64,000 nt of DNA from Coniocarpon cinnabarinum. Its lineage: Eukaryota. The position numbers and the translations under genes were made by a program. The stretch is from the NCBI GenBank assembly GCA_051942205.1, contig JAVECO010000069.1, positions 1 through 64,000 of the forward strand, given 5' to 3'. Of the stretch, positions 14,501-24,692 are shown piece by piece (the stretch's first letter is position 1; each line of letters opens with the position of its first letter). The notes below the pieces were generated by a model. That model did no database searches, had not been told where the DNA came from, and saw only the letters and a program-made list of their open reading frames with translations.

Positions 14501-17500
14501 TTCTTTTCTTTCTTGCTCTGTGGAGCGACCAACACCCTGTGAAGCATAGTCTTATTCAGAGAAGAGCTCAAGTCCCGCGATAGTTCTTCGAGCCCCTTGA
14601 GTGGTCCTGGTAACGACGGAAGACAGAGCGATGGAGGCTTTGAGTTTGCGCGATACTGATCGTCGCAGCTTAAAAAAGATGACCGTAAAGTGCGAGCATC
14701 ATGCCTGGCAATATGTTCCAACTGGCCCATCTGAGCGGCGTGGAAGTTTGCTGCCCGCTGTATCATCCGCAGGGTCACGTAAGTCTTGAAGTATGCCCGA
14801 GTGCATTCTGGGCTCTCGAATGCAGGCTTGCCAGTGTCTGGATCGATGTCGACGCATGCCAAAACGACCAGAGGCACACGCATGAGCAAATTTTGGGAGA
14901 CAGACCCCAGAGCTAAGTCGCTGGAAAAGCCGTGGATGTCCTGAGCGTTGAAAATCACCGCTTGCTCACCAGCCGCCAGCCAAATACGCACGAGACCCGA
15001 CCGCCATCTGATGATCGTTGCATCACTGATCGGGGCTGACTCAGGGATAGGTAAAGCATTCTCTTCATCAGTCATTGTTAAGGCTAGCGCTTGTCCCGCT
15101 CTCGTCAACTTTGCCACAAATTCGTCGCTACATTGCCCAAAAATGTCCCCGGCAACAATGTCCCATTCACTAACGTAAGCTGGTTCAGATGGAGGCATTC
15201 CGAACAGCCTATGGCCGTAGACATTGACGCGGTCAATGACAACCTGGGTCTCCGAGGTAGAGCGCACTCTTGCACCGCCTTCACTAATTTGGCGGCCGTG
15301 TCTGATTTGCAAGGGGCTTGAGTCCACTATAAGCTCAAGGTAGTAGTTGTTAACGCGAAGGTCAACATTAGCGGCGTCAACTGACAGCTCCAGAAAGTCC
15401 TCACAGCAATACAAGCCTGCTGGCAGCAAGACATGCGCGTCTTCTGCGGTGATATCAAGGATGACGTCGAGATCGTTGCCGCGTACTGGCGCTTGGGGCT
15501 CACCTTCCCCATCACCGTTGCGCACTAGCTCTTGATATTCCTGCAATGTACGGAAATGGACCTGTTCGCCAAAATAATTTTCCTTGATCTTAGCCAAATG
15601 GCGGCCAAAGAAGCCATAAAAGATACCCGTCAGCCCTTTGCCAACTATTTTCATATTAAGCGTTTCGCAGAGGTCAGCTCTTACTTCGCTAAGTAGCACA
15701 TACTCGCCTTTGAGGTCGAGACGAGGCAATTGTGCGACGTCTTTATCTTTTAAAAAGGTATGAAGCGTATTCTTCGGGGGCATCGACAGCTCAAATCCCA
15801 AATCGGACCCTATTACATCAAATGATATGGTATTTTCAGAGGGCCGTAGTCGATCAATGGGTATGAGGAGTTCCGCACGAAGCTCCCTCCCATAAAGTAT
15901 GACAAAATCATTGTCATTGATATCATCAGACTGATCGACAATGTTTGCGTCGTTCACGTTGAGGAAAAGCTTGAATCGGTCAAACTTGGGCTTGAGAATA
16001 TATCGATAGGGCACGAAGGTAAAGAATTCAGGTTCCGGCCCCGTTGTCCAGTCTTCAATCATATCCATCAGCAATACGGCGTGATCGCGGAGGAGGAAAA
16101 AATCCAAGTCTTCGATGCCTATCTCAAATGTCCATTCATGCAATGCGTTCCATTTGAGCGGATTCGACAGATCGGCCTCCACCCTTGCTGCACCAGATCG
16201 CCAGAGTAAGGCGTGATTGAGCGACGAGTGCATATCGATGCCTCCGATATCTACTCTGAGATGATTGCGATAGCCTCGCAGAGTCGGGAACATATCTTGT
16301 CGGTATTCAATTGTAGTGTTCGGCTTGACGAGTATGTCAAACCATGCAAATGGTCGGCTGTGGGTGCTCGGAGATATCTTTTCGGCATTGCGTCGCCGTC
16401 GCCAATGGTTTGGCTGATTTCGAGTGGCGTTTGATTTTTTCTCTGCTCTGCCCCTCCACTTGTAGTCTTTAGACGGCTCGCGAAAGGGGATGCGAAGGAC
16501 AGTGTCTGACTCGACGCTACAGAACAGCTCAAATACAGTACAGAGACGGACAGAGCCGCTCTGGACTCGATTGACTGCGGCAGCGTCAGCCACAGGTGTG
16601 GGAAAGAACAGTTGCTGCAGAAAAAGGCGATGTCGATCGGCCCAAGGTCCATAGTGGATCGTTCCACCGTGCAGAAAGAGTTCCATGCCATATTCAGGCG
16701 GCTGTGACCCATTTACATCTATGGTGTCAGTCGCTTGGCCGTTGTCACTTTCTGTGGCTTTTAGCTTGGGACGAGGCCCAGCAACATCCCAGTAGAATTT
16801 GAAATCCACGGCCTGAAAATCGGCCAGCGTCGACGCCTTTGCATACTCGATCTCTTTCCAAGCGTCCTCATCACTACGCTGGGTGTCATCTAGATAGCGT
16901 GCGAGACCAAGCCATCGACCCGCACGAAGCGCATTCACGTGCGCATCAGGGAGATGCTCTGTGCTCAACGAATATCCTGACAATTTAGCTATAGAGTCCA
17001 AGGAGCTCATCGCCTTCCTTGATAGACCCGGCAGTCGATTCCACGGCGATGATATGGCACCACGTTGTCCTCCTGTGAACTTGTCCTTGTTGCGAATTGG
17101 TCCGGGATTCATTGACGTTTCTGTTCGCGGCCCCGACGCTTCTAACAAGGCTGCTTCAGCTAGCTGTGGTCTCTTGTAGTCAATGTTTGGCTTGAGCTGA
17201 ATGAGTGGCTTCTTCACTGAGAATGTCATCAGGATCTTGAATATATCCAGCGGCCCAGATGTTGAGGCGTCGAACTCCCCACTGGCCGTGTCGATCTTAG
17301 CTGTAAGTATGGAAGGGGTATTTTCGTTGCCCAAAACAGCGGCTGCCTTATTACAGTGAATCGAAACGGGTAGTAAGCGAAGCCATGTGGGTGGCGGCGG
17401 TGGCCCATGTTGTGCTGTCTCTGGATGCGGCTGTGGCATCTGCGAGTCATCTTCGAGCTCTCTTTCCTGCGGCTCTGATGAAAGCGAAGACGTCGAAGAG

Positions 17501-18180
17501 CTTTTGGCTTTTTGATCATTGGACCCCGAATGCAGGGAGCCAATTCTGTCGCCCGTTTTCTCCACATATTGCGTCGTCTGTGCTTCATCATGTGCTGTGG
17601 AGCGAGAATTGCCATGCTGGTGACAAGCCTCAAGGATGTAGTCGTACGCAGGGCTGCGATTGTATAGGAAGGCCTCAACACCCGAGACTCGTACATCTAT
17701 CCGACATGGAAGATTGTCCGCCTTTTTCGGACATGTCGCCTCTTCAGCGGAATCTGCGCTAGGGGCCTGAGGATGTCTTGGATGAGCAGACGCAGTTGTA
17801 TCAGCGCTACGCGTGGCATCTGGTTCGCGGAAAAGTGGGCAAGGCTTGACCTTTCGCAGCCAGTATCTCCAGGTGATATAGCCGCCATGCAAAAAGATTG
17901 TCTCATTGTCACCATGATATCGTATGCTCTTGAAGAAGACACGGCCGGCTAGTATGGAAATCTGCAGCGCTTCAATGTCGATGTAAGCACCGAGAAAGTG
18001 CCATGTGAACAGACGAACGAGGTATGAAATGAGTGTGGCGAAGATGCGGTTGAAGTAGAATAGAAACCAGAGACAGAGGATGCCGCAAAGGATGTATTCG
18101 ATCAGGAAAATCCAGTTGAACGATCCGTAATCGTCACCTTGCAACGGTGTGGCAATGATTTGGCCAGCGTTGCTTGCCAT
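8566..18180 (-). CDS. CSF1: Csf1 / bridge-like lipid transfer protein (BLTP1 family), 3204 aa, intronless
   Basis: N-terminal TM anchor FNWIFLIEYILCGILCLWFLFYFNR followed by ALQISILAGRVFFK, YGPWADR and a C-terminus of PQLRDMGEATPPLEWIGL. The size is typical of Csf1. Confidence 0.9.
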   Translation of the reverse strand: MASNAGQIIATPLQGDDYGSFNWIFLIEYILCGILCLWFLFYFNRIFATLISYLVRLFTWHFLGAYIDIEALQISILAGRVFFKSIRYHGDNETIFLHGGYITWRYWLRKVKPCPLFREPDATRSADTTASAHPRHPQAPSADSAEEATCPKKADNLPCRIDVRVSGVEAFLYNRSPAYDYILEACHQHGNSRSTAHDEAQTTQYVEKTGDRIGSLHSGSNDQKAKSSSTSSLSSEPQERELEDDSQMPQPHPETAQHGPPPPPTWLRLLPVSIHCNKAAAVLGNENTPSILTAKIDTASGEFDASTSGPLDIFKILMTFSVKKPLIQLKPNIDYKRPQLAEAALLEASGPRTETSMNPGPIRNKDKFTGGQRGAISSPWNRLPGLSRKAMSSLDSIAKLSGYSLSTEHLPDAHVNALRAGRWLGLARYLDDTQRSDEDAWKEIEYAKASTLADFQAVDFKFYWDVAGPRPKLKATESDNGQATDTIDVNGSQPPEYGMELFLHGGTIHYGPWADRHRLFLQQLFFPTPVADAAAVNRVQSGSVRLCTVFELFCSVESDTVLRIPFREPSKDYKWRGRAEKKSNATRNQPNHWRRRRNAEKISPSTHSRPFAWFDILVKPNTTIEYRQDMFPTLRGYRNHLRVDIGGIDMHSSLNHALLWRSGAARVEADLSNPLKWNALHEWTFEIGIEDLDFFLLRDHAVLLMDMIEDWTTGPEPEFFTFVPYRYILKPKFDRFKLFLNVNDANIVDQSDDINDNDFVILYGRELRAELLIPIDRLRPSENTISFDVIGSDLGFELSMPPKNTLHTFLKDKDVAQLPRLDLKGEYVLLSEVRADLCETLNMKIVGKGLTGIFYGFFGRHLAKIKENYFGEQVHFRTLQEYQELVRNGDGEGEPQAPVRGNDLDVILDITAEDAHVLLPAGLYCCEDFLELSVDAANVDLRVNNYYLELIVDSSPLQIRHGRQISEGGARVRSTSETQVVIDRVNVYGHRLFGMPPSEPAYVSEWDIVAGDIFGQCSDEFVAKLTRAGQALALTMTDEENALPIPESAPISDATIIRWRSGLVRIWLAAGEQAVIFNAQDIHGFSSDLALGSVSQNLLMRVPLVVLACVDIDPDTGKPAFESPECTRAYFKTYVTLRMIQRAANFHAAQMGQLEHIARHDARTLRSSFLSCDDQYRANSKPPSLCLPSLPGPLKGLEELSRDLSSSLNKTMLHRVLVAPQSKKEKKADDADYLSLRSTERHSVFTQPYLPSESLMINAEHVPNFSEPKLTSYGDYEDEMSLFNLAPDDSIARTSIAIETSPGVVALCSPNAILAMSKICETVSTKDPSASYDQYQIDVTSAVISVLRTQRGQRHVVDLGIQVPFVHARFINSSIQEPSKTPEPQSVDEYNLMIFKSSTAIRIKNVSQRRHADNLKAVHIAISSISLSAKPMKEYEGQANVALHASLSNTLVWLAECDRTIVNASFDDLDTSIAGQELRYLAALIHRAASLGQDLALPFVNLMASNAQRRRFIVYSLVKAGHGVPDPSFLTRPSYMIRSAEDHLRNTDSWRVVARLRWILHCLSEEETHNLLTKCLDGEIDIPERVEKYAVGSADQWRSWDALHISDSLAMKLLTGRRVDPNKPIDPESTPLSISVHGSDCRIWIDHGHNQNGVTVSGVAVAVSVIPPPPPSAMQMFQEYRQARLTTVHFGATKAVLNTNWELCGFVDDIAALFEEETFLQKSAQISQAKLPEDVSGEKWSEELHVIVQMETAEANFETINIAQMWLVRNFRTSTFRRAAGATADRNDVNVIASAQEASMRTFSSTQLLLETNLQYSSLAITYGKSDQDDSNASHLHLGGTAGRFDLQVHHEPAELLEVASKVAEQEVRQGKDVADRHAFIFRTVTGADTPPVNTTTLRPFISLVLDAYSLSVPMVQDLRYCASGSVLRLGVAPTTEPESSHEINFDLKSQEHTLLRGDTQDPLAKAAVKFPPINGGVRLLVNPNLMTISTSLSIERIELQGLALYSIFSMISSPGVLAASQSLGDDIESFMQIAKASSASHKSPESTVTSGGSETRVMIFDASLSLVGISIAARTHQVHRDDPQASIVLAVESTHLRASNRSEKVGSALPSPEMHLSLGQMSAKVERQTRSSQRESANLLFAVRAACTMSRNSSGNYARYVELAATGPAAQIDQYTSPIVVSLMSHFQERMKKLTLSRERHYIRRLRQRSAIDFNFKSSEDPPGSRGLQEVPEVMTSCRARLTNARLNYVVKSDRNKDNQHAQNAQNLTFSLESADFETHGERDARLRVQNIKLQVAPQDLPWTQRSVNSALLPELVFTVKRNGSVDERRLHFRAGGKALDIQLHPDVVQPAATLTDSVSASAEMTRRALTRLRTRPVAGDTPTVPLANSTKRLSLLTVDVNFAGAVVRLQEHDPFAAASKQRNFAAIKTIGELGRYRTPLSNSTNKGVALRAPGLAARIQFDAPDSSDPRLNIEIRIDKSKNVLTPAVVPLVMEFAHNVKKTVNDPGANISTKSQVDDEVFGKAPIANTGSAFLDESFVQQTPRAVLGRTRLNIGVGIGTQDFALVCQPIAKVEACMKLEDSYMTISTVTSSEAENFFALSVSFTGMQASLQHVYSREATFKFDIDSIILSALNSKHTSGKTGVSAILKVNPMKAQLNAKQLQDVLLFREIWFPPEIRDSSLRNSSRGFEEQQEYFVARYRQIAAATSFPWNATVVIADLGVDLDLGQAIGKLSSHITGLWASSKKTTSSKQTLCVGIEKVVADAYGRMSGFILLKRTRVRTSISWPDSKLKEEQTPLVQGSIGFDELRVKAAFDYQVFAVLHIASFDFIMYNVRDRRQRSGDRLVAILDGKKVHAYCVASSAALAVSLSQAFERLIQEKQAAYEQSLRDIDNFLRRKTSGTRRSTDDKLTVSKNQAANSTERKTGLPISLHTDVMVTLGSIDLGAFPRTVMDQQILRLEASDVQARFAVLVDDGKLHSGLGLTLGQVRTALAEMPSSGMAKPIAEVNIDDVVSNATSARGGIILRVPKVLAEMQTWQVQDSRLVEYKFRSTFEGKIDVGWNYSRISFIRGMWATHTRTLATRLGKPLPESALKISGPQPLPKEDDEGLGGAGEDERSREQAKITVTANVSLPNVGYEYRALEPAVIDTPQLRDMGEATPPLEWIGLHRDKLPNVTHQVVIVTLLEVAKEVEDTYNRILGSA

Positions 18181-18706
18181 GGTACGTCGGCTGACGGTCA
18201 GTGTTGACCAGCTGGTTGATTGTGCGCATCATGTCATCGGCGGAGTACATTAGGGATCGAGGTCAACCTCAATCTATCCACACGATGTTACTGTCAAGTT
18301 CGAAATGTACATCGAATTTAACATCACCGACGCCTGGAGCAACTCAACGAGCCAACGCTCGCACCCATGATTTTGCGAAAACGAGGGCAGGGTCAGAGAA
18401 CGCTTGACAGAGTCTTCGCGACCACACTTGAGGTGCGTCACGCGTCACATCCTCAAGATTCCTCCTCCCGAAGCCTCTTAACACGAGTCGACTTTCCGTG
18501 TCGCTACCTACAACGTCGGCAGGTCGTGTGGAGAATGCGACGCTTTTGCTGTCAGCACCCTTGATACTCTCCCAGGCCACCCACATCGCCATGCAGGCGT
18601 CGTGAGCTACGGCTTCCTGACCTTGTTACTGGAGTAGGTGCCTGGCGAGACGCCTCTTCTTGCCCTGACGCTGGGTACGCAAGATGCTGTGGTCATAGCC
18701 ACCATC

Positions 18707-20641
18707 ATGCAAGATATGCCCACATCGACAGGGTCGGGCGCTCGCTTTCAAAAATGGGTCGTCATCCTTGCAGGCATCGCCGCCTCAGCTGCGTCTATCC
18801 TGACGGCGGTCTCCGTTTGGCTGCAGACCAAGAACTACCGCAAACCCTTGCTACAACGATACGTGGTCCGGATCCTCCTCATGGTCCCTATCTACTCGGT
18901 CGCGTCCTGGGTCAGCCTGCATTCTCTTCGCGCGGCCTTTTGGATCGATCCTTTCCGCGATGTCTACGAAGCCTTTACGATCTATGCCTTCTTTCAACTT
19001 CTGATCAATTTCGTGGGCGGCGAACGAGCCTTGATCATCATGATGCATGGTCGACCACCAGTGTCTCACCCGTGGCCGCTCAGCCGCTTTTTTGATAAGC
19101 TTGACATATCCGACCCACATACATTTCTCGCCGTCAAGCGTGGCATACTGCAATACACATGGGTGAAACCGGTCCTGGCATTTGCCACAATTGTCATGAA
19201 GGCGACAAATGTCTACAAAGAAGGCTACACAAGTGCCGATTCTGGCTACTTCTGGAGCGGCTTGATTTACAACATTTCTATCACCATTAGTCTCTATGCT
19301 TTAGCCATGTTCTGGGTGTGCATGTCCGACGAGCTGCGTCCCTTTCGACCCATGCCCAAATTTCTCTGCATCAAAGGCATAATTTTCGCCTCGTACTGGC
19401 AAGGCTTTTTCCTCTCGATCCTGGTATACTTGGGCGCTTTTCCAGACAACATTCGAGGGTACTCTCCTGAAAACCTTGGAGCTGCTATACAGGATGCATT
19501 GATTTGTTTCGAAATGCCATTTTTCGCCGTTGTGCATTGGTACGCGTTTTCATGGCATGATTACGCGGACGTAACCATCTCAGCGGCTAGAATGCCTGTG
19601 AAGTACGCCTTGAGGGACGCGTTTGGTCCACGCGACCTGATTGAAGATGCCAAAGAAACTTTTGCAGGCAAAAACTACGAATACAGATACTTTGACGCAG
19701 AGGATAATGTGATCGCGCATGAGGAATCAGCACAACGCAAGGCGAGAATGTCAGAAGGCATGAGGTACGCGCGTGGTGGCAAGGGCAAGTATTGGATACG
19801 CCAGCCAGGAGCAGCGTCAAGCCGCGCGCCTCTCTTGCGCCACTCGAGCGACGAGTACTGCACCGACTTGAGTCCGACTCGATGCAATGGTGATTCTGCA
19901 CGTGGCTACGGAACGACAGAAGGAACGGACTGGGAGCCTGGCTTAGACGCTGAAGACGAGCGCGTCTACGCTATCGCGCGCACGCTCGAATATGGCGATT
20001 GGAATTATCCGGTTGTCACAGCTCATTTCGCTAGTAGAGAAGATCGACTGTACCGGCGGCCAGACGTCTTGACCGCGTCCACGAACCGGAACGTTCTGCA
20101 GCCGACACCTGAGAACAAACGTCGACGAAGAAGCGAGATTGTAAACACAGTCAAGGCGCCGAACACCGGCAGGCACAGCAACAGTTCCAGTCATCACCGG
20201 CAGCGCACAGCTAAAAGGGAGGAATCCCGACGGCACAGTCAATCTCCTTCGAAAGTAGGTTCATCCGACGACAGAAGTCAGCTTGTCGACTTGATAGTGG
20301 AGGATGAGGATGCTGAGGAGGTCGAACGTGTGCGAGCCCGCAAGTCAGGCAACCCTGCGTGGAACAGCTCAGCACACAGGTATTTTGTGCAAGCATATCC
20401 TGAAGATCAGGCCACCGAGATTGTACGAGAGGAGGTACAGAGACAAGCGCAACCTGCGCCGGCTAGCGTTGATGGTGACGACCGCTCTGCTGCACATGGT
20501 TGGTACGTTTCGCGGGCTTCTTCAGAAACTCGAGCTTCATCAAACGCGCTGCACTCCAAGCGACAGATTGCGCTACCTCATGACGACTTACAAGAGCCTA
20601 ATGTTTGGGAATCTGCCAAAGATCAGGAATATAGGGAGTAG
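18707..20641 (+). CDS. TMEM184 / OSTalpha (DUF300) family membrane protein, Hfl1-like
   Basis: Motifs NYRKPLLQRYVVRILLMVPIYS, RDVYEAFTIYAFFQLL, KRGILQY, PKFLCIKGIIFASYWQG and ICFEMP, then a long disordered C-tail. First ATG is at 18707. Confidence 0.9.
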   Translation: MQDMPTSTGSGARFQKWVVILAGIAASAASILTAVSVWLQTKNYRKPLLQRYVVRILLMVPIYSVASWVSLHSLRAAFWIDPFRDVYEAFTIYAFFQLLINFVGGERALIIMMHGRPPVSHPWPLSRFFDKLDISDPHTFLAVKRGILQYTWVKPVLAFATIVMKATNVYKEGYTSADSGYFWSGLIYNISITISLYALAMFWVCMSDELRPFRPMPKFLCIKGIIFASYWQGFFLSILVYLGAFPDNIRGYSPENLGAAIQDALICFEMPFFAVVHWYAFSWHDYADVTISAARMPVKYALRDAFGPRDLIEDAKETFAGKNYEYRYFDAEDNVIAHEESAQRKARMSEGMRYARGGKGKYWIRQPGAASSRAPLLRHSSDEYCTDLSPTRCNGDSARGYGTTEGTDWEPGLDAEDERVYAIARTLEYGDWNYPVVTAHFASREDRLYRRPDVLTASTNRNVLQPTPENKRRRRSEIVNTVKAPNTGRHSNSSSHHRQRTAKREESRRHSQSPSKVGSSDDRSQLVDLIVEDEDAEEVERVRARKSGNPAWNSSAHRYFVQAYPEDQATEIVREEVQRQAQPAPASVDGDDRSAAHGWYVSRASSETRASSNALHSKRQIALPHDDLQEPNVWESAKDQEYRE

Positions 20642-21842
20642 TTGGAGATGTCTGTCGAGCATCGTTGTCCAGAAGCAGTGTCTGGACCCCGCAAGGTGCG
20701 GGAGGCTGGGACAAGGTCATCTCGACAGTGCAATGGTATGCCGAGCACAGAGTTCCAGCATTCACTGCCACTCTCACCAGCCAAGTACAGCGCAGCATAG
20801 CGCAATGGCTTCAGCTCACTGTTGTGAAGAGAATCTGTATGAGGGAAGTCCACTCGGTTGGGGTTGCAAAACATGATGAGTCCACCCGCCCAAAAAACAT
20901 GCTTTTTCAATACGGGCAGGAAAGTAACAAACATGGTTGCCATACGGGGTCGGATTCTCGAAGACAACCACACGCGGGTACAAGCCCCGCCTCGATCCGT
21001 AAGCCCAAGATTGTGGCGTTCGCGACACGAGATCAGACGACAGATATCCGCAGTGCGGCGGCAGACAGCATCTGATGCTTTGCGCACGATGGATGGCTTT
21101 GAAGTCTCACAAGGGGAGCCACACAAGAATGGAGTCACAGCGTCCAGATGTGTGTAGGCGTGCTATCTCGTCGCTCGCAGAACAGAGCCGCAGAGCCGAG
21201 ACCAAAGACGGCACGCGAGGAGGCGACGCACGAATGAATCAATGCAATGGCGAGCCGTGTCACGCACGAACCACTTGCCGAAGGCGATCGACTCACCATC
21301 GTCCTCCTGCCTCGTTTCACCGTTTCCCTCTAACGTCGCCTTGCGGACCTCTGCCTTTCTAACGCCAGACGCCATGTCCTGGTCCACTCCTCCCCGCAAT
21401 GATCGACGCTGTCACTGCAGTGCAAAAGACTGTCCTCGCGTACTATGCATTTGACAGCTGTTGCCGTCCCTTACGCCCAACACTGGGCGTCTGACATGTT
21501 CCTCTTGCTGCCGTGCCCGCGAATCCCTCGCAACTCTGGCCTACGGAAGCGGCATGTACTTGTTTGCATCGGATCCGCTTAGCCTTCATGAGCCTGCCGG
21601 GCCCGACTGATGCACCTCAAAGTTCCGTCGATTATTGGCAGCCAGCACGAGTCTGCCGCAGAGCCCGCCGTGTTTGACGCATGCATTCCGCTTTCGTCGA
21701 CATCCCCTCCAAGCCGCTCCATGTGGTCGACTTCAAATGCGCGTGGCTCTCCCGCCCCACCCATGCTTGTCCTTGCACGTTTCCTTGTCGCTTTGCTTGA
21801 ATATGTACATGACTGCCATTTTGCATTCTGCTTGTTGAGACC

Positions 21843-24692
21843 ATGGGGGCAAGTCACAGCAAGCACGAAGGCGGAGCTGGCTCTTCGCGTAGCTTGGCCT
21901 ACTGTGACACTCGTGACTTGGGTGCTCACTCGAAGGAATTTGCAGAGAAGCACCTGCAGCCTGGCGATCAAACATATCACCCACCCTTCACTTCTCCAGC
22001 AGCTGGGTCAAGTGCGTCGAGCATAGTCCCTGGAGCCCACGCAGCTGCCAAGTCGCCTGCCAAACTCCAATCTCGGCGCGGGACGTCGATGCGATCCAAA
22101 AATGCACGAGCTGGCAACGCTGTAACTCGAGCCGCGAGCAGAGGCACCGCGAAGGTGAAAAGATCAGATGAAAAAACGGAAGTCGTGGTTTCAGTAGCAC
22201 CCCAAAGGGACTCGGAAAGCCCACCGCCGACGCTTCCATCGCTTGAGATTGTGTCGCTTGCACCACCCATGCTCGACGACATACTTCCTGTCAGCAAGCG
22301 CCTCTCTCCGCTTCCTGATTTCGCCCAGATTCATGCGGAAGAGGTGGCGAAGATCATGGCGATGGAGCCTGCAAACAATCCGGTATCTGAGCCCTGGGTT
22401 AGAGTCCGCAGTGTTGCTGAAAAGTCTTCCTCACGGCGCTCGAGTGTCTTTGGTCCGCCGTCGAGTCCGCGCTCTACGACTCAAAAGCCCATTGCCGCTC
22501 GCAGTACTTCCTCGCCGAAGCTTCATTCAACCTCAGCACCTAGTTTCGGCCTGAGCAGAGCCCGTGCTAGGTCAGTCTCACTTGAGCACAGCAAGAGTGC
22601 GAGCGCTCAAGAAAATGCTGTTGTTGGTCCTGCAACCCTTGCACCTCAAACTGACCGACCGAGTCATTCAACCACATCATTTTGTGCTCAGACCGATTTG
22701 CAAGCAGGATTGCATTCGAAGCCACGGTTGGTGAGCCAATTCTCCAGCCTGGAATCGACGCAGTCTGCTCGACCTGTCCGGCAATCTTCTCCTCCGAGCC
22801 GGAAGACGAGCCTGAAGCAGCGCGTACGTTCGCGAACGACTACGGGCGTTCCCGAGCGGAAGTATAGTGTTGAAGATGCGGTCCGCGAGCTTGAAGAGAT
22901 TGTCCATACCAAGCGAGAAGGCGCTTCTTTGGCTGCCGACGCGGAAAGGGTTATTCCTCGAGTTCGTCACAACAAAAAAGGCAGCAAAACCATGCATCGC
23001 CCTGCGATTGCGCCTCACATGGTCATGAAGGAAGTTTCGTCCTCATTGCTGGATGAGATTGGCTCCGGCTTATCGCGCCCGTTGTTCGATGAGAGTGAGC
23101 TCTCCTCGATGGGAAGAACCCCCTCTGACTCAACGACGAGCTTGCCACTGTCGACTGTCTCGAAACGCCGGTCGTCTTGTCGCGACTCTGCAGCATTGCC
23201 AGACTGGCGGACCGGCAAAGCAGATAGCGTACGCCACTCCGGCACGTTCTTCTTTAGTCGGAGGAGCTTGGACGAGATCATTGCGCCCAAATCGGCCAAG
23301 CGAATGGTGTCGCCGCTTCGAAACGGCGAGCGCAATGGTGACAGCCCTGTCGATCGTCACTGGTCCGACCAGTCTGATCTAGCAGCTCAAGGCAGAACGC
23401 CGTCCAGAGGGGATCAAGTGTCTCAAAAGCCCATCCCGACGAGGCCGCCCGCGGCCCACAATCCTCTCACGTCCAATCCCGTGCAACCGCCCTCACGCAC
23501 GCCCGTACGGACGTCCCAACGTGAGAGATCACAGTCTCCATCTACATACATACCATTCCACCGCCGTAACCTGTCCACGACCAGTCAATCCACACTTGCC
23601 ACGGTTAAATCATTCAGCACCGATTTACTTTCGTTGGAAACTAAAGATAAGGCCCAGGCGCCGCCCGCAGTGCCGAGCATCAAAAAGCTTCCGCTGCCGC
23701 CCAGTCAAGCATCTCGTTCCTCAGCACGCCCAGCGTCTCCAATAACAAAAAATGAGCGACCGCAATCGCGTGCCGATGGCTCTTCAGCTGTCCTTGCAGC
23801 ACGCCAACGTGCAGCTTCACGCGTGGCCGAAGAAGAAGCCCTGGGGATGGGTCTCGGGATCGGCGGCATGCTCAGCGCTCAAGATCTCTCTCACATCGTG
23901 GAGATGGACGTATGGAACGCGAAGCCCGCGCATCAGCACCCTTCTCGCTCGCGCGCTAATTCTGTCGTGGGGCACAGGACTGACAGCGTCCTCGTCGAGC
24001 CGAGCCAGTCACCCATGGTCGCACACGACCAGGACAAGGACGCCGTGCTGCAGAACGCCTTAAGCGTCTCCGTGGGGAAAGGCCACGTGGCGCAGCTCGT
24101 CCGAACGAAAAGCGGACGCGCCGTCAATGTCGTCCGTAAAACAGGCACGGACGGCGGTGACAACGACATCTCCCAGCAGGAAGACAAAGACAAAGCTGAA
24201 GCCGACCGTCCTCGACCACTTGCCGGTGCCCCGCGGCGACCGTCCAAGGAGAGCAACAACCAGCCCGGCAAGCCGTCCGCGCCCTCACAGAACGAAGCGC
24301 GCCGGCGGCACGGAAAGGCAAGCCTACAATTACCACCGCAAGCACTGCGCTCGCGCGCCTCCAAGACCAACGTGAAGCACACACGCAGCGACACCCTGAC
24401 GGAACACGAGTACAGAGGCTCTGCTCACCTGCCCGTCTCGCCACGGCCTCGCAGCCGCACCGAGAGCGTCGTAAGCGCGCATTCGGGTGCTGAGGAGTTT
24501 GGGTTGGATCTGCAACGGACGGCGAGCGCGCGCGCGCTGCGGGAGTCGCGTTCGCAGCTAGAGTCGCGAGACAAGACCGTGCCGCCTGTCCCAGCGAATG
24601 TGGGCTCGCCAGTGAGGAGCACGTTTATGATTCCAACGTCGTCGCATGCACAGGGGAATGTGAGGGCGAGTCAGGTGGGCATGGCATTTTAG
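21843..24692 (+). CDS. Hypothetical 949-aa Ser/Arg/Pro-rich disordered protein with a predicted N-myristoylation motif
   Basis: Long uninterrupted ORF starting MGASHSK. No recognisable folded domain. Confidence 0.7.
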   Translation: MGASHSKHEGGAGSSRSLAYCDTRDLGAHSKEFAEKHLQPGDQTYHPPFTSPAAGSSASSIVPGAHAAAKSPAKLQSRRGTSMRSKNARAGNAVTRAASRGTAKVKRSDEKTEVVVSVAPQRDSESPPPTLPSLEIVSLAPPMLDDILPVSKRLSPLPDFAQIHAEEVAKIMAMEPANNPVSEPWVRVRSVAEKSSSRRSSVFGPPSSPRSTTQKPIAARSTSSPKLHSTSAPSFGLSRARARSVSLEHSKSASAQENAVVGPATLAPQTDRPSHSTTSFCAQTDLQAGLHSKPRLVSQFSSLESTQSARPVRQSSPPSRKTSLKQRVRSRTTTGVPERKYSVEDAVRELEEIVHTKREGASLAADAERVIPRVRHNKKGSKTMHRPAIAPHMVMKEVSSSLLDEIGSGLSRPLFDESELSSMGRTPSDSTTSLPLSTVSKRRSSCRDSAALPDWRTGKADSVRHSGTFFFSRRSLDEIIAPKSAKRMVSPLRNGERNGDSPVDRHWSDQSDLAAQGRTPSRGDQVSQKPIPTRPPAAHNPLTSNPVQPPSRTPVRTSQRERSQSPSTYIPFHRRNLSTTSQSTLATVKSFSTDLLSLETKDKAQAPPAVPSIKKLPLPPSQASRSSARPASPITKNERPQSRADGSSAVLAARQRAASRVAEEEALGMGLGIGGMLSAQDLSHIVEMDVWNAKPAHQHPSRSRANSVVGHRTDSVLVEPSQSPMVAHDQDKDAVLQNALSVSVGKGHVAQLVRTKSGRAVNVVRKTGTDGGDNDISQQEDKDKAEADRPRPLAGAPRRPSKESNNQPGKPSAPSQNEARRRHGKASLQLPPQALRSRASKTNVKHTRSDTLTEHEYRGSAHLPVSPRPRSRTESVVSAHSGAEEFGLDLQRTASARALRESRSQLESRDKTVPPVPANVGSPVRSTFMIPTSSHAQGNVRASQVGMAF

